DNA of 64,000 nt, taken from assembly GCA_036338595.1 (NCBI GenBank), contig JAYZBV010000015.1:14103-78102 (forward strand), in the 5' to 3' direction. The DNA comes from Planctomycetota bacterium. GTDB taxonomy: Bacteria > Planctomycetota > UBA8108 > UBA1146. Positions 10,538 through 19,922 of this stretch are shown here, in pieces. Within the stretch, counting starts at the first letter, position 1. Each line of letters begins with the position of its first letter. The position numbers were made by a program, and so were the translations under genes. The notes under the pieces were generated by a model. That model did not search any database and was not told the DNA's origin. It worked only from the letters and a program-made list of their open reading frames with translations.

Positions 10538-10577
10538 AAGTCACCTCGCCAATCTGATTGGCGAGGTGACTTTTTTT
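10538..10577 (+). terminator. Intrinsic terminator after the A1-B1 pair
   Basis: AAGTCACCTCGCCAAT-ctg-ATTGGCGAGGTGACTT stem running into a T7 tract. Confidence 0.9.
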
Positions 10578-11158
10578 GCTTTCCTCCAGAGGGCATCTCC
10601 CAGGATCTGGCCGCATCTACCCTCCCCTCGGATTCTGGCCAGGAGTCATAAACACCCCTTTTTCAACGTGTTGTGGTTTCGCCAGGGCGATCCGTTCTCT
10701 CCACCTGGACTCCGATAACCTCGCCAGCCGTACTCTGGACGCCTCTGAACTAGTTATTTGAGATCACCCGAACAGGCATTACTGTATGTGAAGAGTTTCA
10801 TGACTATCAGGACTATCCGGTAGTCGTGACGAGGTCCGATGAGTTGTCGATGGACCGATAACCCCCAGAGGTGGGTCTACGACTGGGTGTGTAGAGGCTG
10901 TGTTGGGATACCGATGCAGTCGACAGTGCAGAGTGCGAAATATGTTTTCGAGAGTCGAGGAGGGTCTGGAGGAGTTGTGCCGTCGTTGCATTCCGCAACG
11001 CGCAGGGCACTGTCACCGTAGATCTCCTGAGTTTACCGGTCCTGGGCACTGAGCAGGGACCAGCGTCACTGGGCTGCTAATGAAGAGTAAGAATCTTGTG
11101 AGTTGCCACCGCCTGGAACAGCGAGGCGGGATCACATTCCTTGAGGAGGGGTATATTG

Positions 11159-13015
11159 ATGCGTAGTTTCATAACGCTGTCGGTCACCGGAGTGCTCATT
11201 CTATTCAGCACCATCGTGGCGGGACAGAATTCCATCACCATCACCGGCGGAGGTCAATCGGTCCAGGGACTCGGCTCTTCGAGTTTCGGAGTCGACATGA
11301 CCAATGACGCAGAGGTGGAGGGGTTCGTCGTGGCCGTGAGCTACGACAACTCAGCGGTGGCGATCACCGATCTATCCACTGCAGGGACCGTGACCGAGGC
11401 AGCCGGGGCAGAACTGGTCGTCCCAGAAATCCTTGGCGCAGGTTTCACGCTCGGTGTTGTGCTGGATGCCACGGCACCCTTCGATGGCCAGACCATCGCG
11501 GTGGGTGCCGATCAGAACATCTGCAATTTCACTGCCCAGTCCGTGATCGTCCTGGAGTCCTCCGATCCGGATGTCGTGACCGGGTTTGATTTTGTCGATG
11601 GATCCTTCAATTCACCTGTGCTGGACAACATCCTGGTACAGGGTGGGCAGGCGATCGGTGTCGCAGCAGGGTTGATCCTCAATGGCGATACCGCGGCGAT
11701 GTCCATCGGAGCTCCCCCTCCGGCAACCCTGACCATCGAGGACACGACTGCAGATTCGAGCGGTATCGGAAGTGTCAGGATCTTGCTCGAAAATTCAGGG
11801 GAATCTCAGGGCTTCGTGCTTGCCATCGCACATGACGGTTCCGAGTTGACCCTCGAGGCCATCGATCTGGCTGGAACGGAAACCGAGGCAGTCGGTGCCG
11901 AGTTTTCATCGATCAACACCTACACTGATGGGGGCACGATCGGAGTCGTACTCGATTTTGGCGCTCCATTTGACGGCCAGACCATCGGTGCCGGGGTCGA
12001 CGTGCATATTGCGAACTACAATTACTCGGACACCGTCGACATCTATTTCGAGGGGGACCCGATTCCGGCTGACCAGGTCGCAGCACTCGGTTTTTCTGAC
12101 GGGACCTTCGGAAACCCAGCCCTCAACAATGTCGTGGTGACTGGCGGTCTCTCCATCGCCCCCGACCTGAATGACGGCACCTTCACGACGCCACCCAACG
12201 CGATCCCTGCCGAGGATACGGTGTTGTGGATGGAAGCTGAGTTCACCGGCGGCGATGCGACGGTCGGTGAGACGGGTGCACTATGCTTCTACTATGCGGA
12301 TGAAGATGACAACATTCAGGGAATGACGATGACGGGTTGCTACGATTGCGACCTGACAGTCGGATCCACCTGGGATTGGGGCGGATCGATCGTTGAAGAG
12401 GTCGGGGTCGAATACCTCGCCGTTCAGATCGATGATGATGGTGCCGATGGGGACGGCTGCGAACTGATGGTCGCCATCCTCCTCGATGCCTTACCTCCCT
12501 TCGAGGGTCAGACCTTGCCTCAGACGGGTGATCTCAGCGAAGGACGCCTGCTGATCGGATGCCTGTCCGTGACGGTTGATGACACCGCCGAATGCGACAC
12601 CACCCTGGAAATCAACTGGTGTAACGGGATCAACGGCAATGGAACAGTGAGCCTCTACAACAACGTGGTCATCGATTTCGAGTCGATTCAGATCTACGAG
12701 CGCAACGACACATCGGTAAATGTCGTTCCCGAGGAGGTCTTCCAGCGAGGAGACTGCAACAGTGATAACAAGGTCGACCTTGCGGATGCCGCTGCGATCC
12801 TGGCCAATCAGTTCGGAACCTTTGATATCAACTGTTCCGATGCCTGCGACGTCAATGACGATGGATTGCTCAACATGGCGGACTCTGTCGCGGCGCTCAA
12901 CTACCTCTTCAAGGATGGTGCGGCACCCCCAGCCCCTGGACCCGACGAAGTTGGTCCAGACGAAACTGAGGATTCACTGCCAGGCTGCGACAGTGACGAT
13001 ACGAGTTGCGCGTAA
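11159..13015 (+). CDS. Secreted array protein A2: 3 cohesin-like modules and dockerin-like module
   Basis: Start at MRSFIT after GAGGAGG; colinear paralog of A1; FQRGDCNSDNKVDLAD / DVNDDGLLNMAD. Confidence 0.75.
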   Translation: MRSFITLSVTGVLILFSTIVAGQNSITITGGGQSVQGLGSSSFGVDMTNDAEVEGFVVAVSYDNSAVAITDLSTAGTVTEAAGAELVVPEILGAGFTLGVVLDATAPFDGQTIAVGADQNICNFTAQSVIVLESSDPDVVTGFDFVDGSFNSPVLDNILVQGGQAIGVAAGLILNGDTAAMSIGAPPPATLTIEDTTADSSGIGSVRILLENSGESQGFVLAIAHDGSELTLEAIDLAGTETEAVGAEFSSINTYTDGGTIGVVLDFGAPFDGQTIGAGVDVHIANYNYSDTVDIYFEGDPIPADQVAALGFSDGTFGNPALNNVVVTGGLSIAPDLNDGTFTTPPNAIPAEDTVLWMEAEFTGGDATVGETGALCFYYADEDDNIQGMTMTGCYDCDLTVGSTWDWGGSIVEEVGVEYLAVQIDDDGADGDGCELMVAILLDALPPFEGQTLPQTGDLSEGRLLIGCLSVTVDDTAECDTTLEINWCNGINGNGTVSLYNNVVIDFESIQIYERNDTSVNVVPEEVFQRGDCNSDNKVDLADAAAILANQFGTFDINCSDACDVNDDGLLNMADSVAALNYLFKDGAAPPAPGPDEVGPDETEDSLPGCDSDDTSCA

Positions 13016-13132
13016 CAAGGGATCTGGAAATTGCCCGGGAGCAGCGGTGCCCTGGCAGTGCGAACAGGTGAGTAAGAAATAACGGAGTCGATGGCAGTGC
13101 CCATCGCGAACAAAAGGGAAAGTGACTGAATT

Positions 13133-14488
13133 ATGAGGAAGAACAGTAGTCTCTGGATGGCCATCGCTGTCCTGGGCATCTCCATCGCCTCGACCGCCGA
13201 TTATGTGGTGGCTGGCGGGGGAGCCACATACAGCATGAGTAGTGGCTCCACGGCTGCGGGCGGCACGATCACGCTGTCGGCAACCCTGGATAACGGTGGA
13301 GGAGATATCAGTGGTTGGTCCTATGGAGTTTGCCATCCTGAGGCGATAGCAACAGCCTCCAATATTGGCGATGGTGATGGAGCTGCCAACAGCACATCGA
13401 CGGTCAATAACGGTGCTCCAGCGAGTTTCGACGAAACCTCCATCTATGCCGGCGGCTGGACTCAAGGTGTGGTCATCGACTTTGTCGGTTGCTGCGTGGT
13501 CGCCTCGGGAACGACTGGATTCCTGATGGCCACTGCCGATTACACGGTGGACACCGCAGCCGCACCGGGAGATTTTTCGGTCGATTATTGTGGCGGAACA
13601 CTGGGATCTCCCGTGGTGGCGAATGTCGTCGTCGTGAATGGAGCTTCCATAGCGCCGATGGTGGAGAACTCTGGCACCATCACCGTGATCGAGGTCCCTG
13701 ATCCCGAGTGGAACTACATCGGTGGGACCTCTGCCGGTAACAACTATCCGGCATCGGCTGGCATCGGCGGAATGTCGGTTGCTGCAGGCTTTTCAATCCA
13801 GGAAAAAGACAACAGTTCCCAGGGCGCAAATTTCCCCAACGAAACACAGGGGTTCTCGATGGATTGCGGGAACGATGGAGCCCTCGTGACTCCCACTGGC
13901 GTCACGATGAGCCTCGGTTTCGATGCGGATTTTGCGGAATCCAACCTGTACGCAGACGCATGGACCCTCGGAGTCGTCTACGACTTTGCCGGTGGAGTCA
14001 CCGTTACCTACGAAACTGCTTCAGAGGTGGTGAGTGTTGCCTATGAGGGCGTTTCTGGCGCACTCGCTGGAGTAGAAGGGGCGACCACGACACCCCTGGC
14101 CTGGAATAACGACACCGGATCGCCACCTGTGGTCAATGTGGTGGTGTTCGGAGGAGGAAGTTACCCGGCGAATTTCAACAATGGATCGATCGAGTTTGTT
14201 GGAACCGTGACCAATGACTTCCAGCGTGCGGACTCGAACGATGATGGAACAGTCAACATTTCAGACATCATCTGGTTGCTCGCGGAACTCTTCAATGGCG
14301 GACCCGTGACCGATTGCGCCAAGGCAGATGATTCAAACAACGACGGCTCGGTGGATGCGGCTGATGCCGTCTTTATCGCAACCTACATCTTTCTCGGCGG
14401 TGCTACACCGGCAGCTCCGTTCGGGACCTGTGGATCGGACCCGGGACAAACTCCCGCAGATTGTGTGAGTTACAACAGTTGCCCTTAG
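13133..14488 (+). CDS. Secreted array protein B2 (divergent B type)
   Basis: Signal peptide; GWSYGVCH, ETQGFSMD, WTLGVVYDF; tail FQRADSNDDGTVNISD / DSNNDGSVDAAD. Confidence 0.75.
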   Translation: MRKNSSLWMAIAVLGISIASTADYVVAGGGATYSMSSGSTAAGGTITLSATLDNGGGDISGWSYGVCHPEAIATASNIGDGDGAANSTSTVNNGAPASFDETSIYAGGWTQGVVIDFVGCCVVASGTTGFLMATADYTVDTAAAPGDFSVDYCGGTLGSPVVANVVVVNGASIAPMVENSGTITVIEVPDPEWNYIGGTSAGNNYPASAGIGGMSVAAGFSIQEKDNSSQGANFPNETQGFSMDCGNDGALVTPTGVTMSLGFDADFAESNLYADAWTLGVVYDFAGGVTVTYETASEVVSVAYEGVSGALAGVEGATTTPLAWNNDTGSPPVVNVVVFGGGSYPANFNNGSIEFVGTVTNDFQRADSNDDGTVNISDIIWLLAELFNGGPVTDCAKADDSNNDGSVDAADAVFIATYIFLGGATPAAPFGTCGSDPGQTPADCVSYNSCP

Positions 14489-14504
14489 ACGTGCTGTGAG
14501 TCCT

Positions 14505-14526
14505 CGAGCCGACAGGGGTCGGCTCG
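14505..14526 (+). terminator. GC-rich hairpin after B2 (no U-tract; weak terminator or stabiliser)
   Basis: CGAGCCGAC-aggg-GTCGGCTCG, a perfect 9-bp stem. Confidence 0.45.
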
Positions 14527-14684
14527 GAAGACGGATCAGTGCACTGTGTGAATCGAAACTGTGTGAAGCGAAGTAGTGGACCAGGTATTTTTGAAATTGG
14601 AGAAACGGCCAGTTGGAAATAGGTAGCACAGGAATGGATTCCTTGCTCTTGTTTCCGGGCTCGAATGAAAACAGTTGAGGAGAG

Positions 14685-16106
14685 GTGGGTGTGATGTTGA
14701 GTATTGTATCTAGGGGAGGAACCGTTATTTCGGCATGGTGCATCGTTATTCTGTGCATGACGGTGATCAGTGGTTCCCTCGTATTTGGAAATGGTGATCC
14801 CAGTACCTTCACTGCAGAGAGCACCTCTGTGGCTTCTACGGGTGGTGGAACCGTAAGAATCATGATGGATAGCGGTTTGGATGTTCAGGGGTTCGTGGTC
14901 TCGATGTCGCATGATCCGGCGATGGTCACTCTCACTGGCATCGACATCTCAGGTTCAGATACCGAGGCTGCCAATGCAGAGTTCGTGGTCCCCACTGTTT
15001 ACTCAGATGGCGGCACCCTGGGTGTGGTCCTCGATTTCAATGCTCCATACGATGGTCAGGTGATCCCGCAAGGTGCTGGAATCCATGGTGCGAACTACAA
15101 CTACAGTTGTAATAATGCGGTGTTGTACTTCGAAGGTGATCCGGTTCCACCGTCTGAAACTTCCGCTCTCACATTTGTAGATAACGTCTACGGAAGTCCA
15201 ACCCTGGAAAATGTCTCGGTCAGTGCAGGCATGTCGGTATGGCCGTCCCTCATCGATGGAACCTTCACCTGTGAGCCGGTGGCGATTCCTTCCGAAGATA
15301 CAGTGCTCTCGATGGAGACAGAATTCGACGGTTCTCAGGGCAACTACGCCTATCATGGACAGACCGGGTCGCTCTGCTTCTACTACGCAGATTCAGATGA
15401 CAACATTCAAGGAATGACGATGACCGTCTGTACCGACTGCGATCTGACCATCGGGTCCGAGTGGGACTGGGCCGGGTCGATCGTCGAGGAGATTGGCGTC
15501 GAGTACCTGGCAGTCCAGGTCGATGGTTCTGATACCGATGGAGATGGGTGTGAGCTGGTCGTTGCGATCCTGCTCGACGCCTTGCCGCCTTTCGAGGGCC
15601 AGACCCTCCCGCAAACAGCTGACCTCAATGAGGGAAGACTGCTGATCGGTTGCTTGTCTGTGACCGTGGATGACACGGCAGAGTGTGACACGGCTCAGGA
15701 GATCAACTGGTGCAACAACATCAACGGCACTGGTAGCGTGAATCTCTATAACAACGTGGTCATTGATTTCCAGTCGATTCAGATTTACGAGCGAATCGAC
15801 ACGTCCGTGTTTGTCGTTCCGGAAGAGGTCTTCCAGCGCGGTGACTGCAACAGTGATGACACTGTCGATCTTGCTGACGCAGCGTCGATTCTTGCCAATC
15901 AGTTCGGATCCTACGATATCGAATGTGCAGACGCTTGCGATGCCAATGATGATGGGCTACTGAACATGGCAGATTCGGTGTACCTTCTGAATTACCTGTT
16001 CAAATTTGGCGATGTACCGCCAGCTCCGGGCCCGACCCACGATGGTGCGGACCCGACAGGCGATACACTTCCAGTCTGTGACAGTGACGATACGAATTGT
16101 GGATAG
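14685..16106 (+). CDS. Secreted array protein A3: short A type, 2 cohesin-like modules and dockerin-like module
   Basis: Paralog of A1/A2 lacking the first module; start could be 14685, 14691 or 14694; FQRGDCNSDDTVDLAD tail. Confidence 0.75.
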   Translation: MGVMLSIVSRGGTVISAWCIVILCMTVISGSLVFGNGDPSTFTAESTSVASTGGGTVRIMMDSGLDVQGFVVSMSHDPAMVTLTGIDISGSDTEAANAEFVVPTVYSDGGTLGVVLDFNAPYDGQVIPQGAGIHGANYNYSCNNAVLYFEGDPVPPSETSALTFVDNVYGSPTLENVSVSAGMSVWPSLIDGTFTCEPVAIPSEDTVLSMETEFDGSQGNYAYHGQTGSLCFYYADSDDNIQGMTMTVCTDCDLTIGSEWDWAGSIVEEIGVEYLAVQVDGSDTDGDGCELVVAILLDALPPFEGQTLPQTADLNEGRLLIGCLSVTVDDTAECDTAQEINWCNNINGTGSVNLYNNVVIDFQSIQIYERIDTSVFVVPEEVFQRGDCNSDDTVDLADAASILANQFGSYDIECADACDANDDGLLNMADSVYLLNYLFKFGDVPPAPGPTHDGADPTGDTLPVCDSDDTNCG

Positions 16107-16128
16107 AGCATTTTATTGGTAAAGGAAA

Positions 16129-16164
16129 CCGGGTCGTTTTCAGCAATTAGCTGGAACGACCCGG
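16129..16164 (+). promoter_or_regulatory. Long intercistronic hairpin between A3 and B3
   Basis: CCGGGTCGTTTTCAGC-aatta-GCTGGAACGACCCGG followed only by CTTTC. Confidence 0.55.
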
Positions 16165-16237
16165 CTTTCAAGTAACGGTCTTGCGCTTTTCTGTTTCGAA
16201 AAACAGGCGGCGAGTCCAGGAAGAGGGTGACGTGACC

Positions 16238-17518
16238 ATGAGAGTTTTATTTGTACCGGTATTCTTGCTGATGACCGTATGTGTCACAGGGCAAGATTAC
16301 TCACTCTCTGTTTCCAGTGGGTCCATCCCTGACGGTGGCAGTGGTAGCCTCTCTATAACCCTGGACAACAATGGCAGTGATGTCGCAGGTTGGTCTTTCG
16401 GGGTCTGCAATGACACGGGGTTTCTCACCTGCACGGGAGCTGTGGATGGCTCCACGACGGCTGTTGTGAAAAATGGTGGTCCGCCCGACTTCAACCAGAT
16501 CGGTGTCTTCGATGAGGGCTTTACTGTTGGTGTCGTGATCTGTTTCACAGGTTGCGCAGTCCTCGCTCCAGGGACCGGCTATGAAATCAACGTAGCTGAC
16601 TACACCTGCAATCAGGAGGGAAGTACAACAGTTGCGTTCTGCGACACGTTGGGTGCACCTCCGGTGGCCACGGTAGTTGTCGTCGATGGTGCTTCGATTG
16701 TTCCAGCCCAGAACTCGGGGGATGTCGAATGTATCGGAGTTCCCGATCCAGAGTACACCTACTCCGCAGGTAGTGCCTCGGCCGGGTACAATCCCGAAGA
16801 TGGGAATGCCAGCGCCTCTGTCGATATCAGTATCGCAGAGACAGACAACAGCGGACTGGGAGCTCCATTTCCCAACGACACACAGGGCTTCTCGATGGGC
16901 CTGGGTAATGGTTCAGAGGTGACGGCAACTGCGGTGAATCTGACGTTGCCATTCGAAGCTGATTTTGGAGAGAGCAACATCTACCCCGAAGGTTGGACCA
17001 TCGGAGTGGTGTACAGTTTCACCGGTGGAAATGTGCTGGCATTCCCTTCTGACACAACCGTGATCACCGCAGATTACGAGACCGGCGGAAGCATGGCCGG
17101 GAATGATACGGGGGCTACAGTTTCATTGGCCTGGGATGGTGGTCTCGGATCACCGGCAGTGGCCAATGTTGTGGTGGTGGGAGGAGCTTCGATCGATGGA
17201 CTCCTTTCCGATGGCAGCATCACCTTCAATCCGGTGGTGACGATCGACTGGACCCGCGGTGACGCCAATAACGACGGCATTGTCAATCTGGCTGACGGGA
17301 TCTGGATCATCAGTGAGTTGTTCGTCAATGGCGCTGCGAGCACATGCTCCATCTCGAGGGATGCGAACTCGGATGGCATGTTTGATATCGCAGATCCGAC
17401 CTACATCATCATGTACCGCTTTGCAGGGGGACCAGCGCCAGCCGCTCCCTTCACCGATTGCGGTCAGGTCGATGGCCAGACTCCAGCGGATTGCGACGCT
17501 TCTGCCTGCGCTGGTTGA
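16238..17518 (+). CDS. Secreted array protein B3 (close paralog of B1)
   Basis: Start at MRVLFV; long peptide stretches identical to B1 (GVPDPEYTYSAGS, ETDNSGLGAPFPNDTQGFSMGLG). Confidence 0.75.
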   Translation: MRVLFVPVFLLMTVCVTGQDYSLSVSSGSIPDGGSGSLSITLDNNGSDVAGWSFGVCNDTGFLTCTGAVDGSTTAVVKNGGPPDFNQIGVFDEGFTVGVVICFTGCAVLAPGTGYEINVADYTCNQEGSTTVAFCDTLGAPPVATVVVVDGASIVPAQNSGDVECIGVPDPEYTYSAGSASAGYNPEDGNASASVDISIAETDNSGLGAPFPNDTQGFSMGLGNGSEVTATAVNLTLPFEADFGESNIYPEGWTIGVVYSFTGGNVLAFPSDTTVITADYETGGSMAGNDTGATVSLAWDGGLGSPAVANVVVVGGASIDGLLSDGSITFNPVVTIDWTRGDANNDGIVNLADGIWIISELFVNGAASTCSISRDANSDGMFDIADPTYIIMYRFAGGPAPAAPFTDCGQVDGQTPADCDASACAG

Positions 17519-17561
17519 TCAGCAATAGTGGATTCCGGCGACCCGATGGAGGTCGTCAGAG

Positions 17562-17607
17562 ACGAGATCACTCGGCACCTTCGGTGCCGATGTGATCTCG
17601 TTTTTTT
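17562..17607 (+). terminator. Intrinsic terminator after the A3-B3 pair
   Basis: ACGAGATCACTCGGCACC-ttc-GGTGCCGA(t)GTGATCTCGT followed by a T-run. Confidence 0.9.
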
Positions 17608-18017
17608 GAATTGTGCGCCAACCGGTGGCAGCGAGCCAGCTGGCGTCACTGGTCGCCCTCTTCTCGCCCCGGTGGGCAGGGTGGGAACAGGCGGTGTCGG
17701 ATCGGGGTTTTGAGGCGATCCAGGCGGGGGTTGTCGCCCATCGCTGGTGATCAATACAAACAAGATGTATATGCAGGTCCGGCGACGCAATAACCGGCCA
17801 AATTCGGGCTGCATACAGGCTCTCTGGGCCTTAGGATGCCGCATTGGGACCACGGAGGCCTCAATACTGGCTGACGAGACCGGTCTTCCTTAGACGGGGA
17901 CTGTGATCGGGAGCTGATAGACATATTCATCCTATCGGCCGTCACTACTTGGCGGTGGAGATGACCAATCGATGTGGGTCAGCCAGATCTGACCATTGAG
18001 AGAGAAGGAACCCGCTC

Positions 18018-19313
18018 ATGAACAAGTTGAACGCCCTGTTGGTGCTGCTGCTCTTTTCCAGCACACCCGTGCTTGCCCAGGAATACGTGCTATCGATCAG
18101 TGGTCCTGCGACCGCAGCGTTGGGTGGCGACCTGGACCAGTCCGCGAACTTTGATAACAATGGAAGCGCGGTTGCGGGTTGGTCCTATGGTGTCTGCCAC
18201 GATTCTGCGTTGATGACCATCAACAGCGCCGTGGATGGAGCGACGACCCTGATCGTCAAGAATGGCAGTCCGCCAGACTTCAACCAGATCCAGGTTTCGA
18301 CCCAGGGTTATGCAGTCGGCGTTGTCATCTGCTTCACAGGTTGTGCGGTGCTGGATCCTGGCACCGGATACGAACTCAATGTCGCCAACTACACCGCGGA
18401 TGTCGAGGGTATCGCCGCTTCAGGCTACTGCGACACGATCGGATCACCTCCGGTGGAGACGATTATCGTGGTCGGTGGAGCATCCGTGGTTCCAGATCAG
18501 TCGGGTACTACGGTCGAGATTCTCGGGGTTCCACCGGTTCCAGACCCGGAGTTCGTTTACTCCGTTCCGGATGTGGCGGTCAACTATGACGGCAACACAG
18601 AAGAAGCCTCCTTCAGTGCCGGCATCGAGATCTCGGAGGTGGATCACAGCGCCAGTGGAGCGGTCTTCCCCAACGAGACGCAGGGCTTCTCGATGGGACT
18701 CGGCCACGACAACTCCCTACTCGAATCTACAAATGTCGAGGTCACATTGCCCTTTGACGCCGATTTCGCCGAGAGTCAGATCTATTCAGGAGGCTGGACG
18801 CTCGGATGTGTCTACAGCTTCACGGGAGGGCAAACGCTGGCATTTGATAGCGCTGTCGAGGTCGTGGTCGCGGATTATTCGTCAGTGGCTGGTGCACTCT
18901 CGGGTGCTACAGGGCCGACCGCTACAGACCTGACCTGGGATAACACGCTCGGGTCTCCTCCGGTCGAGGGTGTTGTCGTGGTCAATGGAGCGTCCCTGAC
19001 TCCGACCTTTGACGATGGAACCATCACGATGCAGCCAGTCTTCGACACGCCTTTCATGCGGGGCAACTGTAACGGTAACAGTGGCGTCGATATCTCCGAC
19101 GGCATCTGGATGCTTCAGGAACTGTACCTTGCGGGACCCAGTGGCACCTGTGCAGAAGCCTGTGATGCCAATGCAGACGGCTCCTACGATATGGCAGATC
19201 CGATGCATGTGATCTACTGGCGCCTGCTGGATGGACCTCCTCCGGCAGCTCCTTTCCCCGATTGTGGTGCGGTCGCCGGTGCCGATTGTGATGCGGCCCG
19301 TTACTGCCCCTAG
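18018..19313 (+). CDS. Secreted array protein B4 (unpaired B type)
   Basis: Leader ending VLA-Q; GWSYGVCHD, VICFTGC, ETQGFSMGLGHD; FMRGNCNGNSGVDISD tail. Confidence 0.75.
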   Translation: MNKLNALLVLLLFSSTPVLAQEYVLSISGPATAALGGDLDQSANFDNNGSAVAGWSYGVCHDSALMTINSAVDGATTLIVKNGSPPDFNQIQVSTQGYAVGVVICFTGCAVLDPGTGYELNVANYTADVEGIAASGYCDTIGSPPVETIIVVGGASVVPDQSGTTVEILGVPPVPDPEFVYSVPDVAVNYDGNTEEASFSAGIEISEVDHSASGAVFPNETQGFSMGLGHDNSLLESTNVEVTLPFDADFAESQIYSGGWTLGCVYSFTGGQTLAFDSAVEVVVADYSSVAGALSGATGPTATDLTWDNTLGSPPVEGVVVVNGASLTPTFDDGTITMQPVFDTPFMRGNCNGNSGVDISDGIWMLQELYLAGPSGTCAEACDANADGSYDMADPMHVIYWRLLDGPPPAAPFPDCGAVAGADCDAARYCP

Positions 19314-19364
19314 CAGCAGAGGAAGGTCCTGAAGTCCACGGACTTCCCGGGCTTCGCTCGATGC

Positions 19365-19406
19365 AAGCGAGCCCGAAGCCAGCCGGCTTCGAGCTCGCTT
19401 TTTTTT
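19365..19406 (+). terminator. Intrinsic terminator after B4
   Basis: AAGCGAGCCCGAAGCC-agcc-GGCTTCGAGCTCGCTT (one mismatch) ending in a T8 tract. Confidence 0.85.
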
Positions 19407-19922
19407 GATCTGCATCGCCTTGCCCTGCTACTTCCTCTGATCTGTCCCTGCTGACCCGCATCGAGGCAGAGACTCCCATCTGGACCTCATCATCGGTAAC
19501 AAATACCGAGGTCCGGCAGCAATTGCCGCAAATCCTCGATCGATACGACGGAATCCTTCGGCATGAGGGGCGAGCTAGCCACGCGGGTAAGTTTGTAAAC
19601 GCTGTTGTCTATAGACAGGATTGACAATGAGTGATACGGTCGAGGTTCGAGGACAGGAGTCCCGACACGACTCCCCAGCACCACCGGATTCAAACCCGGC
19701 ATGTCCTACCTCTTCCTGCGCCACATAACCGGCAATTGTTGTCGGGCTGATCGGTGGATCTGCTCTCCCCTGGAGCGATTCCTGTGCCGCCTGACTTGTT
19801 TACATACATTTTGTTAATTCCCCCCCTTTATCGGAGTTGTTCCGTGAGGACAGGACCAGGGAAGAAAGGCCCCCCTGACCGACTGGCAACTTCGAAGTGT
19901 CCCCAGGAGACGAGGAGAGATA

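Noticed and set aside
10662..10676. NrdR-box-like CAACGTGTTGTG
   Set aside because: Single imperfect copy, not upstream of a nucleotide-reduction gene; probably chance.
19640..19710. tRNA-like GGTTCGA / GGATTCAAACCC fragments
   Set aside because: I could not build a cloverleaf or acceptor stem around them.
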